64,000 nucleotides of DNA from an uncultured Candidatus Binatia bacterium. GTDB taxonomy: Bacteria; Desulfobacterota; Binatia; UBA9968; JAJDTQ01. Positions within the stretch are counted from its first letter, which is position 1. Each line of letters begins with the position of its first letter. The notes below the pieces were generated by a model, which did no database searches, was not told the origin of the DNA, and saw only the letters and a program-made list of their open reading frames with translations. This document shows, piece after piece, positions 45,701 through 55,400 of the stretch. Made by a program: the position numbers and the translations under genes. The stretch covers positions 192,001 through 256,000 of the forward strand of contig OZ219754.1 in assembly GCA_964291295.2 (NCBI GenBank), given 5' to 3'.

Positions 45701-45954
45701 AGCGCCGCCACCATCTCCTCCGGCGTCAGCACGTTCCACCAGCGCTTCGCCATGGCATTGTCGGGAGTCTGCGCCCCCGCCGTAGCCGCAAGAGTCATGA
45801 CAACGGTGAAAACGAACACGACAGGCGCCGCAAAGGCCCGCAGCCCGAACCGGGGAAACCACGCGGGCGGTCGTGCAACCCATTCGTGATGGTTGTCGTG
45901 AAGGTTCAAACCTTTCCGTACTGAAGCAACATCCATTGAAACCAACCCCCACAT
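42775..45954 (-). CDS. Autotransporter with four 132-aa tandem passenger repeats
   Basis: Signal peptide ending ATAGA. C-terminal beta-barrel (FWGSGDWRDLSG, SVHPYAG, PSVEVGLRSDGGD, terminal W). AGGAG RBS before ATG 45954; alternative start at 45978. Confidence 0.88.
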   Translation of the reverse strand: MWGLVSMDVASVRKGLNLHDNHHEWVARPPAWFPRFGLRAFAAPVVFVFTVVMTLAATAGAQTPDNAMAKRWWNVLTPEEMVAALHGDDATPAEAAAAKKMYAGLDGETKRLVNAAAAAIYGEGGFASVGAWWESLDCRLMRVAAGDGDTADASSAYCTHYPGSGAAKILGAAEKAQVDEVGQALLGRSDPGVYPADNAMAKRWWNVLTPEEMVAALHGDDATPAEAAAAKKMYAGLDGETKRLVNAAAAAIYGEGGFASVGAWWESLDCRLMRVAAGDGDTADASSAYCTHYPGSGAAKILGAAEKAQVDEVGQALLGRSDPGVYPADNAMAKRWWNVLTPEEMVAALHGDDATPAEAAAAKKMYAGLDAETKRLVNAAAAAIYGEGGFASVGAWWESLDCRLMRVAAGDGDTADASSAYCTHYPGSGAAKILGAAEKAQVDEVGQALLGRSDPGVYPADNAMAKRWWNVLTPEEMVAALHGDDATPAEAAAAKKMYAGLDAETKRLVNAAAAAIYGEGGFASVGAWWESLDCRLMRVAAGDGDTADASSAYCAHYPGSGAAKILGAAEKAQVDEVGQALLGRSDPGVYPPFSVDKIVKVLLPETTRARLASTVDAVRARVGTGLDGSPETKALNIGGAGGWLQAFETHGPQLEEDGFEAARLLAGSSFVLPLNAADGGSSTVPGGAVFWGSGDWRDLSGADSGVSWDGRMTSGHLGADMRLSRNLLAGLSMSLSRGRFDYKEGKGSANTGTYETTLTSVHPYAGLILSPGVELWALAGYGRGDVDIKDDQKGLQTGDLTQTSGAAGVEGEVFSSDDVVEGGRTTVHIRADGSFARAKMDGSDTLASISVDVRRLRASLEARHAHAMAESAILTPSVEVGLRSDGGDGATGTGVEIGSALSYRDTALGLTLEVRGRALTGHGGDTKEWGIGGLIRKDSGGDGLGLSLSIAPGLGAVHGGAGSSLRKGSLAVADGGQDEVGGHLVTEAGYGLSALSGRGLVTPYAAVTLSEDGGRSYRAGSRLQLLGSSAALSLEGAHRQVYDDDNAEYELMLRASMSW
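44179..45762 (-). repeat. Four tandem 396-bp near-identical repeats
   Basis: Unit DNAMAKRWW...RSDPGVYP(A/P). Few differences: DGET in units 1-2 vs DAET in units 3-4, and CAH in unit 4 vs CTH. Confidence 0.97.
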
Positions 45955-46254
45955 CGTATGCTCCTGGTCACTGTTCATTGTCCGTTTCCGCCGTCATCCG
46001 CTTTCAGAGACGTTCAAGTATCGTCATTGTGGTCATGTATAGCGGCGGCAAACCTACAATGAAGCGGTCTCCGCGTCAATGGAGCTTTCGAGCGGGGCCG
46101 TGTCGCGGGGCACCCGGACCGTGCGCTGGTGGCGGACCGCGTCAGGATCACACGGTTCGCATGTGCCTGCCCGCGGTCAGGCTTCGCCTGGCCCGAGCCA
46201 TCGTGAAAGAGGGTCCGTCCGCAACACCGGAAACGACACGGCCCAAAACGACAC

Positions 46255-46283
46255 GGCCCCGATGGGTTCTCGCCGTCGGGGCC
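46255..46283 (-). terminator. GC-rich hairpin downstream of tRNA-Asn
   Basis: GGCCCCGATGG...CCGTCGGGGCC stem, followed on the minus strand by GTGTCGTTTT. Confidence 0.45.
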
Positions 46284-46312
46284 TCGCGTCGAAAGTTCGC
46301 GGTGCGAGAGAT

Positions 46313-46388
<76 letters not shown>

Positions 46389-46432
46389 ACGACTCGTTGA
46401 AGCCAGAGCACTGAAGCTACCACACGACGGCT

Positions 46433-46927
46433 TCAATTTCCAGGAGCGGCGAAGCCGAGGCGCCTCAGTTCTTCGACCATGAGTTGTTGGTGCGTGGCGG
46501 GCCAGAAGATCCGGCGGCAGCCCGGGCAGGCCGAGAAGACATCCCGGGTCTCGAAGACGTGGGGAGGCACCTTGTCCCGGACCTCATCCCTGGCCACAGG
46601 CTGAAGCCGCTCGTTGCACTCGACGCACCGAGTCAGCAGACTCTTGAACGGATCCAGTCCGCAGGCTTTCACCACCTGATTCAGCTGTCCCCGGAAATGG
46701 TCGTCGTGGATGAAGAGACATCGGTCCGCATTCCGGCTGTACATCTTGCGGTCCCGGGTCAGGACGACGCGGTGCTCCCGCGTCGCCATGCGCACAAGGC
46801 CCCGCCCGGACAGGTGCTGGCCGTGGATGGCATCCTGGCCGATGATCCGCAGCCACCGGGCGAGCCGTCCCAACATCCGGTCCGCCGCGAACTTCAACTC
46901 GTCCTCCGGGCGTCTCACCGTGACCAT
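46433..46927 (-). CDS. Mut7-C RNase domain (PIN + zinc ribbon, DUF82-like) protein
   Basis: FAADRMLGRLARWLRIIG, VLTRD, RCVECN, CPGCRRIFW..TH. Confidence 0.88.
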   Translation of the reverse strand: MVTVRRPEDELKFAADRMLGRLARWLRIIGQDAIHGQHLSGRGLVRMATREHRVVLTRDRKMYSRNADRCLFIHDDHFRGQLNQVVKACGLDPFKSLLTRCVECNERLQPVARDEVRDKVPPHVFETRDVFSACPGCRRIFWPATHQQLMVEELRRLGFAAPGN

Positions 46928-46952
46928 GGACAGTCCCTTCGTTACCTGTCTC

Positions 46953-47285
46953 CTATCTTGGATCGATCAACTGATCGAGATGGATCCAGAGCACCCGGGA
47001 GTAGCGGAACAGGAACGGGGCGGACGCCAGGAGGATCAGGCACGACGCCAGATAGATGGCGGCGGCACCGAAGCCCGACAGCAGCATGGCGACGATGATG
47101 GGCAGGACCACGACAAGGGCGAGAGCGTAGCTGAAATACATGGCGCCGACAAAGTAACCCTGCTCGCGCTCGAACTCAAGGCCGCAGACCGGGCACTGGC
47201 GGTTCATCCGGAAGAGACTGGCAAAGACGGGGCCGGCGGTGCAACGGGGGCAGCGGAGTCGCATGATGGCCAGAAATTTTCTCAC
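46953..47285 (-). CDS. DUF983-like zinc-finger membrane protein
   Basis: RCPRC...CPVCGLEFEREQGYFVGAMY followed by two transmembrane segments. Confidence 0.8.
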   Translation of the reverse strand: MRKFLAIMRLRCPRCTAGPVFASLFRMNRQCPVCGLEFEREQGYFVGAMYFSYALALVVVLPIIVAMLLSGFGAAAIYLASCLILLASAPFLFRYSRVLWIHLDQLIDPR

Positions 47286-48382
47286 GGCGCCTCACAGAGT
47301 TGGTAGGCGGCGGCGTTTCCCCCGGGCCCGTTGGCGGAGCCGGCCACACGCGGCAACGCATCGAACGGGTCGTCCATGTCCCGGACGGCGGCGCGGATGG
47401 CCGCCACGGTCCTTGGGAGATGCCGGCGCTGCCGCTGGTAGAACTCTTCGAACCGCGCCAGGTCGGTGACGTAGAACAGACTCTGCAAAATCACGGCGTT
47501 GTCGAGCGGGCGCCGGCTGAAGGCGGCGCGGCGGTGACCCGGTCTGCCCTCCAGCGCCTTCGCCCACGCCTGCCGGGTTCGGGCGAACACGTGGTCACGG
47601 CGGCGAAGCTTCTCGGCCTCGGGAATCGTCCCGGCATAAAGCCTGCGCAGGCACCCCACCAGTTCCATCATGAGACCGGAGAACTCCAACTCATCCCGCC
47701 ATGCGCGCCGGGCCGCCACCGCCTCGGGGCGCCGGGCGCCATGGCGCCAAGTGAAGAAATCGATGGCGCCGCGCTTGCCGACAAAGTTGGCCAGGCTTTC
47801 ATTGAAGGCCACGGAGCCTTTCACGAACAACGTGCCGTGCAGCAACTCGTGCAGGACGATGTCGGCCAGGCGCACGCGGTTCAGCTTCAGCAGACGCCCG
47901 AGCAAAGGGTCGTCGAACCAACCCAGGGTGCTGAAGGCGCCGGCGGGCCGAATATGGGTGTCGTACCCCCGGGCGGCCAGGGCCCGGGCCTCCTTCCTGG
48001 CATCTTCCGGGTCGAAGTAGCCCTTGTAGGGCACATGGCCCACGAAAGGAAACCACCAGCTGTAGGGCTTCAGGGCGGTCTTGGGAGCGGCGGTGAGCAC
48101 GTGCACGAGCACCGGGCGATCGACGTAGGAATAGGTGGCGTAGCTGCCGCCAACGTCGAGACGCAACTGGTTCTCTGCGTATTCCCGGAGCTCCAGCACC
48201 ATCTCGAGCTTGCGGCGGACTTCCGGCTCGACCTCGTCCCCGGCCAGCATCGTCGTGATGGGCGTGCGGCGCCACAGGATGCGGCCCTCCTCGTAGGCGG
48301 CGCGGATGACGTATTCCGGAGAGCAGCCGCACAGGGCCAGCAGCAGGCACAGCCATGACAATCTCTTGAAGGTCGCCAGCAC
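47282..48382 (-). CDS. Predicted zinc aminopeptidase lipoprotein (DUF2265-like)
   Basis: Lipobox LCGC, WWFPFVGHVPYKGYF, AFSTLGWFDDPL, HELLH...FNESLANFVG. Confidence 0.85.
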   Translation of the reverse strand: MLATFKRLSWLCLLLALCGCSPEYVIRAAYEEGRILWRRTPITTMLAGDEVEPEVRRKLEMVLELREYAENQLRLDVGGSYATYSYVDRPVLVHVLTAAPKTALKPYSWWFPFVGHVPYKGYFDPEDARKEARALAARGYDTHIRPAGAFSTLGWFDDPLLGRLLKLNRVRLADIVLHELLHGTLFVKGSVAFNESLANFVGKRGAIDFFTWRHGARRPEAVAARRAWRDELEFSGLMMELVGCLRRLYAGTIPEAEKLRRRDHVFARTRQAWAKALEGRPGHRRAAFSRRPLDNAVILQSLFYVTDLARFEEFYQRQRRHLPRTVAAIRAAVRDMDDPFDALPRVAGSANGPGGNAAAYQLCEAP

Positions 48383-48431
48383 GTTGGTTTCCCCCGGCGC
48401 GACACGGACGGCGGGCTATGGACACCCGTCC

Positions 48432-50285
48432 CTACACGCGTGACGCCATGTCCGGCGTCCCGGGGGCGTCCGCACCGTCGTCCGCCCCCTGGAACTGCAA
48501 CTGGCGCAGCCGATAATAGACCCCGCGCCGGTCCATCAACTCCGCATGCGAGCCCATCTCGCGTATCACCCCTCGGTGGAAGACCACAATGCGGTCGGCA
48601 TTGCGAATGGTGGACAGGCGGTGGGCTATCACCAGGCAGGTACGGTTGGCCATGATCTTCTCGAAGGCGCCCTGCACCAGCAATTCGGTCTCGGTGTCGA
48701 CGCTGGACGTGGCTTCGTCCAGCACCAGGATCTCCGGGTCGACCACGAACATCCGCACCAGCGCCAGGAGTTGCCGTTGCCCGGCCGAGAGGTTGTTGCC
48801 CCGCTCGCGTACCGGAGCGCGCAGCCCGCCGGGCAGGCGCCGGACAAAACCCTCGGCGCTGGCGGCGCGCAACGCCGCACGGACCCGGTCTTCGGAAACA
48901 TCCGGATTGCCCAGCTTGAGGTTCGAAAGGATGTCCCCCGAGAACAGGAAAACGTCCTGGAGCACCACTCCCATGTGGCGCCGCAGGTCATCGAGCTTCC
49001 ATTCCCGGACGTCCCGACCGCCCACGCGCACCACGCCGCTGTCGACATCGTAGAAACGGCTCATGAGCTTGATGGTGGTGGTCTTGCCGGAACCGGTGGC
49101 GCCGATGACCGCCACCCGCTCGCCCGGCTCGATCCTGAAGGACACGCCCTTGAGCACGGGATCGCCGGGCCGGTAGCTGAACCAGACGTTGTCGAACTCC
49201 ACCGCGCCCCGGGACGGCCGGATCATCCCGGCGGCGGACGGCGGACCCGGGGACGATGCGGCCAGGGAAAGTGCCCGGCCAGGCGTCTCCACCGGCGTGT
49301 CCAGCAGAGCGAAGATTCGCTCGGCCGCGGTCATGGCCGCCTGGATGACGGCGTACTTGTTGCTGAAGTCGCGCAACGGCACGAACAGCCGGCGAATGTA
49401 CTCGCTGAAGGCCACGAACGTGCCGATGCCCACCACACCCTGCAGCACCTCGCCGCCGCCGTACCAGAGCAGCAACGCGATGCTCAACGACCCGGCGGCC
49501 TCCACCATGGAGAACAGCGACGCCTCGTAGACGTTGGATCGCTGGATGGCGTCGCGGTGGTCCCGGTTGAGGCCGTCGAACTCCTCGAAGCTCCGGGCTT
49601 GCCGGTTGAAGAGCTGGATCACGGCCATGCCGGGAATGGCTTCGCCGAGGTACGCGTTGACCCGCGCGATGCGCGTCCGGATCAGGCGGTAGGTCTGCCG
49701 CGCCTTGATGCGGAAAACATTGATGCCCAGCAGCAGCAAGGGAATCAGCGCCAGCGACACCAGGGCCAGTTCGAAGTGCAGCGACATCATGATGGCGACG
49801 ATGGCCACGATGAGAACCAGATCGGCCACCAGGTTCATGGCGCCGGCGGCGAACATTTCCTGCAGCACCTCCACGTCCGTGGTCATGCGGGTCATGAGCC
49901 GGCCCACCGGGTTGCGGTCGAAGTAGCGCATGGGCAGGCGCTGCACGTGGGAGAACAACGCGATGCGCAGGTCCGCGAGGCAGCGCTGCGCCACCTTCAT
50001 GGAAAGGTAGTACTGGAAGAAATAGGCCGTGGCCTCCGCTGCCAGCGCGCCGGCGAACAGCAGGCCGGTGCTCAGGAGGGTGAGGCGGTCGCCGGCGCCG
50101 ACCGCGTCGATGCCGGCCTTGAGGAGGAGCGGCTGGGCCAGGTTGAAGAATTCGTACACCGGCAGCAGCAGCAGCGACAGGAAGAAAAGCTTCCGGTGCG
50201 GCCGCAGGAACTGCCAGAGGCGCCGGGCCAAGACCAGATCATAGGCCTTGCCGGAAACGTCCTCCTGCTCTTTCGATGCATCCAT
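48432..50285 (-). CDS. ABC exporter, fused permease/ATPase (heterodimer subunit B)
   Basis: TMD plus GATGSGKTT, LSAGQRQ, LDEATSSVD, IAHRLST. Confidence 0.92.
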   Translation of the reverse strand: MDASKEQEDVSGKAYDLVLARRLWQFLRPHRKLFFLSLLLLPVYEFFNLAQPLLLKAGIDAVGAGDRLTLLSTGLLFAGALAAEATAYFFQYYLSMKVAQRCLADLRIALFSHVQRLPMRYFDRNPVGRLMTRMTTDVEVLQEMFAAGAMNLVADLVLIVAIVAIMMSLHFELALVSLALIPLLLLGINVFRIKARQTYRLIRTRIARVNAYLGEAIPGMAVIQLFNRQARSFEEFDGLNRDHRDAIQRSNVYEASLFSMVEAAGSLSIALLLWYGGGEVLQGVVGIGTFVAFSEYIRRLFVPLRDFSNKYAVIQAAMTAAERIFALLDTPVETPGRALSLAASSPGPPSAAGMIRPSRGAVEFDNVWFSYRPGDPVLKGVSFRIEPGERVAVIGATGSGKTTTIKLMSRFYDVDSGVVRVGGRDVREWKLDDLRRHMGVVLQDVFLFSGDILSNLKLGNPDVSEDRVRAALRAASAEGFVRRLPGGLRAPVRERGNNLSAGQRQLLALVRMFVVDPEILVLDEATSSVDTETELLVQGAFEKIMANRTCLVIAHRLSTIRNADRIVVFHRGVIREMGSHAELMDRRGVYYRLRQLQFQGADDGADAPGTPDMASRV

Positions 50286-50325
50286 TGCCACGCTGTTCCC
50301 GGACTGGCGACCGCCGCGCCGGTCC

Positions 50326-52074
50326 TCAGAGCTCGTCCAGCTCGTCCGACACCTGCTGGCGGCGGTACATCTGCGCGTACAGCCCGCCGGCCCGCAGCAG
50401 CGACTCGTGGTCGCCGCGTTCGACGATCCGGCCCTCATCCAGCACCAGGATCTCGTCGGCTTCCTTGATGACCGCCATGCGATGGGAGATGAGGATACAG
50501 GTCCTGCCCTTGAGCACACTCTCGAAGCCGTGGAGGATGCGCCGCTCGGTCTGCGAGTCCACGCTCGACAGACAGTCGTCCAGGATCAGGCATTCCGGGT
50601 CGGCCAGGATGGCGCGGGCCAGGGTCGCCCGCTGCTTCTGGCCGCCGGAGAGGGCGATGCCGCGCTCCCCCACGCGGGTGTCGAGGCCGTCCGGAAAGAC
50701 CTCCACCTCGCTTTCGAGATCGGCCGCGTCCAGGACCCGGCGCACCTCCCGCTCGCTGGCGCCGGCGTCGCCGAACTTCAGGTTTTCCTGGATGGAGGTG
50801 GAGAACAGGAACGGGTCCTGCGGCGCGTAGCCGATGGCGCCGCGCAACTCTTCCAGGGACAGCGCCCGGATATCGACGCCGCCCATGCGGATGGTGCCCG
50901 CGGTCACGTCGTGGAGCCGCGGGATCAGATGCGTCAACGTGCTCTTGCCCGCACCCGTACGTCCGACGATGGCCACCTTGCGGCCCGGCGGCACCTCGAA
51001 GCTCACCTCCTTCAGCACCGCCTCCCCATGGTCGGCGCCGTTGTAGGCGAACGACACCCTGTCGAACGCGATGCCCCGCTCCTTGTCACGCAGCGGCACG
51101 GGATGCTCGGGGTCGGCGATGGCCGGCTCCACCACAAAGATCTCCTCGAGCCGCTCCATGGCGGCGCGACCGCGCTCGAGCAGCGAGATCATCCAGCCAA
51201 AGGCGGCCATGGGCCAGGCGAGCACGTTCAGATACAGGATGAACGCCACCAGGTCGGCAACGCCGCTCTGCTCATGGATGATGAGCCAGCCGCCATACCA
51301 CAGCACCACCAGCACGGTGAGACCGTGCAACGCCACCATGATGGGGTTGATCATCCCACGGCAGCGGGCCAGGTCCAGGTTGCGCACCTGGTACTCGTCG
51401 TTCATCCCGGTGAACCCGGCGGTCTGGGGCACCGCCTGCACGTACGCCTTGACCACATGCATGCCGCTCAGGTTCTCCTGCACATGGGCGCTCATGCGCG
51501 ACATCTGCCGCTGGACCCGCAGCGACGCCCGCTGGATCCGCCCGCGGAACTGCAGGAACACCAGTGCCAGGAGCGTCAGGCACGCGCCCACCGCCAGCGT
51601 CAGACTCGGGTTCATGGCGAACATGAACACCGCCGCGTAGACGAAGTAGAGGGGCGTGTTCACCAGGTTGAGAACACCGGGACCCAGCAGCATGCGCACG
51701 GCATTGATGTCGTTGACGGCCCGGGACATGAGGTCGCCGGTCTTCTGTGACTGGTAATAGGCGAGAGGCAACTTCTCCAGGTGGGCGAAAAGGTCATTGC
51801 GCAGGTCGTACTCGACGTTCCGGCCGGCGTTGAAGATGATGGACCGGGAGAACGCGCGCAGCAGCCCGCCGCCCACCGCAGCCACCGCGATCCGCAGGAT
51901 GTAGCCGCCCAACTCGGACCCGGGGTCGCCGCGCTCGATGACATCAATGGCGCCCCGGACCCACCACGGCACCACCATGAGCAGGCTCGTGGTGCCGATC
52001 AGGCACACCCCGCCTGCCAGATAACGCCGCCGGTAGCGCCAGAGATAATCGGTCAACCGTGCAATGCCGGCCAT
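50326..52074 (-). CDS. ABC exporter, fused permease/ATPase (heterodimer subunit A)
   Basis: TMD plus GRTGAGKST, LSGGQKQR, degenerate Walker B LDDCLSSVD, ISHR. Confidence 0.92.
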   Translation of the reverse strand: MAGIARLTDYLWRYRRRYLAGGVCLIGTTSLLMVVPWWVRGAIDVIERGDPGSELGGYILRIAVAAVGGGLLRAFSRSIIFNAGRNVEYDLRNDLFAHLEKLPLAYYQSQKTGDLMSRAVNDINAVRMLLGPGVLNLVNTPLYFVYAAVFMFAMNPSLTLAVGACLTLLALVFLQFRGRIQRASLRVQRQMSRMSAHVQENLSGMHVVKAYVQAVPQTAGFTGMNDEYQVRNLDLARCRGMINPIMVALHGLTVLVVLWYGGWLIIHEQSGVADLVAFILYLNVLAWPMAAFGWMISLLERGRAAMERLEEIFVVEPAIADPEHPVPLRDKERGIAFDRVSFAYNGADHGEAVLKEVSFEVPPGRKVAIVGRTGAGKSTLTHLIPRLHDVTAGTIRMGGVDIRALSLEELRGAIGYAPQDPFLFSTSIQENLKFGDAGASEREVRRVLDAADLESEVEVFPDGLDTRVGERGIALSGGQKQRATLARAILADPECLILDDCLSSVDSQTERRILHGFESVLKGRTCILISHRMAVIKEADEILVLDEGRIVERGDHESLLRAGGLYAQMYRRQQVSDELDEL

Positions 52075-52323
52075 GACGTGAAGGAACGCGATGCTCCAGG
52101 TGTTTCAGGGAGTTGAACGGCCTTGGGGAGGCGGACAAACCCGAAGGCGCTTCCATTCAATTTAACCAGGAACCCGGCGAATTTCCAACGGCGTGGCAGG
52201 TGCGGGATCACAAGACGCGGGACTGAAGGGGGAAGTGGTTGCTTGCCACCCTCTTTCAGTTCTGAACGGGAATTTTCTGCTGTTTCGGGCCACCTCTTTT
52301 CGGTCATTTTTTCGGTTATTTTC

Positions 52324-52351
52324 TTGACAAACCGGTGGGAAAGGATAGTCT
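52324..52351 (+). promoter_or_regulatory. Putative sigma70 promoter (TTGACA-16 bp-TAGTCT) with T-rich UP-like tract
   Basis: Conserved in position with the paralogous promoter at 2810-2837. T-tracts at 52296-52322. Confidence 0.6.
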
Positions 52352-52478
52352 TGGGAACCCAATGCGTGTGAGCATTGGAGGCCGTGTAGGCATTGGAGTC
52401 TTGAGGCCGGGGGTTGGAGAGGGACGGAGGGGGAAGGACAGGCTGGGGAAGGGACAGGACGGATTCGAGGAGGGATTG

Positions 52479-55400
52479 ATGATGGCACGTTTGAGAGGGA
52501 TTGCTCCCGCCGCGGGCGCTTTGGCATCGAGGAACAAGGCATCGGGGAACAAGGAGGGTTGGATGGGATTGGGGAAGGGATTGCGAGGGATCATGCGGGG
52601 GTTTCTGGGGTTGTTGGCGGGAGTGGTGATGGTGGGGGGGATGGGGGAGACGGCTGGGGGGCAGGTGCTTCCGGAGTTGAGTTTTACGGGGGCGTTTCCG
52701 GTGAGTGGGGATCCGGGCACGAATGAGTGTCCGCGCGGGGAGGAGTTGGAGTCGAGCACGGACAAGGTGTGGGAAGGGGGATGGCTGGCGCTGCGAGTGG
52801 AGCGAGCGGCGACGCGGCGGGAGGCGGCGCGGATCGAGGTGGATTTCGAGATAGTGGGGGGATCGCAGGCGGGGAGGGCGGATTTGGGGACAGGGGGGAA
52901 CCTGCGGAACGTGGGGATCTTGTTTTATGAGAGCGTGATCACGGCGCCGACGCGGCATTGTCATTATGTGCAGATATTGAAGGACAAGAAGCTGGAGGGG
53001 AACGAGCGGTTGACGCTGCGGCTGAGGCCGAAGGGGTCGGTGTATACGGTGAAGGCGGGGAAGGACCGTCGTGACATCGAGATCGGGGAGGCGGGAGCGG
53101 GGATACGGTTGCGGTACCAGGATTTGGGGGTATTGGGAGGCGGGACGACGGGGCGTGGGTTCGTATTGAGGCTGGAGGCGGGGGTGGCGAGTGGAGCGGG
53201 GAACGCGTGTACGTTCGAGCGGGACCGTTCGTTTTCGCGGACGGTGAAGGTAGGGTGGCGAGTTTGGGACGGAGGGCGAGGGGATCTTCGTGGGGCGAGT
53301 TTGGGGGATTTCAATTTGCCGACGCGGGTGACGTTCAGGAGCGGGGTGGCGGTGGTGGAGGGTTCGGCGAGGGCGGATGGGGACCGGGAGTCGGAGGACT
53401 TCTGGATGGAGTTGGACTACAAGTATCGGGATCGAGTGAACCATCCGTATCCGGTGGTGCACTGCGAGTCGGCGGCGGATGCGCGGCGGTGGGGTCTGAC
53501 CCGGAGTTTTTTTGGGCCTGTGGGAGTGATCGCGCCGGTGCCGGGGGCGCCGGCGAAGCCTTTGGGTCTGACGGCGGGGGCGGTGGAGGATCGGGTGAAT
53601 TTGAGTTGGAGGGCGGCGACGGACGGGACGATCAAGGGTTGGAGGTACCGTCTGCGGGCGAAGGGATTGAGGAGTTGGGGGAGTGGGGTGGAGATGAGGG
53701 GGAGCGTGGCAGGGACGCGGGCGCACGCGGTGGACGGGTCGAGTTGGTGGGATGGGATAGCGACGGAGTTCCAGGTTCAATCGTACAACGACGGGGGCAG
53801 CAGTCCGTGGTCGGACACGGCGGTGGCGGTGGCGGTCAACCGGGACCGTCCGGCGCTGGTGATCAGCAAGGGACGGGTGAGTGTGGAGGAAGGGGAGACG
53901 GCGAGTTGGACGGTGGCGTTGAATGGCGGGGTTGGTGGGAGTGTGACGCTGGCGAGCAGCGCCAGTGGCACGGCGCGGGTGAGTCCGGCGGTGCTGACCT
54001 TCACGAGCGAGAACGCGCGGGTGCCGCAGACGGTGCGGGTGACGGGAGTGACGGCGGGGGAAGCGGAGGTGAGGCATGCGTTCACGCTGCCGGGAGCGAC
54101 GGCGGCGGCGGTGACGGATGCGGGGCGGGTGGCGGTGACGGTGACGGCGGCGGCGGTGCCGCTGCGTGCGCCGGCGAAGCCGACGGATTTGAGTGCGAAG
54201 GCGGTGGAAGACGAGGTGGGGCTGAGTTGGAAGGCGGCGACGGACGCGACGATCCAGGGGTGGCGGTATCGGTACCGGATGTTCGACTACTGGTATTCGG
54301 CGACGGACTTTCCGGGGAAGACGACGGCTTCGACGCGAAGCGGGAGCGTGTCGTTTGCGGCGTTTCTAGAGGGGATCACGCTGGAGTTCCAGGTACAGTC
54401 GTACAACGAGGCGGGGAGCAGTCCGTGGTCGAACACGGCGAAGACGGCGGTGGTCAACAGCGACCGTCCGGCGTTGTTGATCAGCGAGAGACGGGTGAGT
54501 GTGGAGGAAGGGGAGACGGCGAGTTGGACGGTGGCGGTGAACGGGACGTTTGACGGGAGTGTGACGCTGGTGAGCAGCGACAGCGGCAAGGCGCGGGTGA
54601 GCCCGTCGGTGCTGTACTTTGCCCACGCGACGGCCCAGACGCCGCAGACGGTGACGGTGACGGGAGTGACGGCGGGGGAGGCGGAGGTGAGCCACGCCTT
54701 CAGGGTGGATGGAGCATCGGTGCCGGTGGCTTCGGGTGCGAAGGATCGGGTGGCGGTGACGGTGACGGCGGCGGCGGTGCCGCTGCGTGCGCCGGCGAAG
54801 CCGACGGATTTGAGTGCGAAGGCGGTGGAAGACGAGGTGGGGCTGAGTTGGAAGGCGGCGACGGACGCGACGATCCAGGGGTGGCGGTATCGGTACCGGA
54901 TGTTCGACTACTGGTATTCGGCGACGGACTTTCCGGGGAAGACGACGGCTTCGACGCGAAGCGGGAGCGTGTCGTTTGCGGCGTTTCTAGAGGGGATCAC
55001 GCTGGAGTTCCAGGTACAGTCGTACAACGAGGCGGGGAGCAGTCCGTGGTCGAACACGGCGAAGACGGCGGTGGTCAACAGCGACCGTCCGGCGTTGTTG
55101 ATCAGCGAGAGACGGGTGAGTGTGGAGGAAGGGGAGACGGCGAGTTGGACGGTGGCGGTGAACGGGACGTTTGACGGGAGTGTGACGCTGGTGAGCAGCG
55201 ACAGCGGCAAGGCGCGGGTAAGCCCGTCGGTGCTGTACTTTGCCCACGCGACGGCCCAGACGCCGCAGACGGTGACGGTGACGGGAGTGACGGCGGGGGA
55301 GGCGGAGGTGAGCCACGCCTTCAGGGTGGATGGAGCATCGGTGCCGGTGGCTTCGGGTGCGAAGGATCGGGTGGCGGTGACGGTGACGGCGGCTCCGGTG

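Noticed and set aside
44179-45762. Repeats considered as the CRISPR array for the I-G operon
   Set aside because: The units are 396-bp in-frame coding repeats with no unique spacers.
52053-54077. Long Pro/Arg/His-rich ORFs here and at 1086-2825, 43996-45924, 54987-56552 and 56745-59837
   Set aside because: Antisense shadows of the G-skewed autotransporter genes, where stop codons are simply rare.
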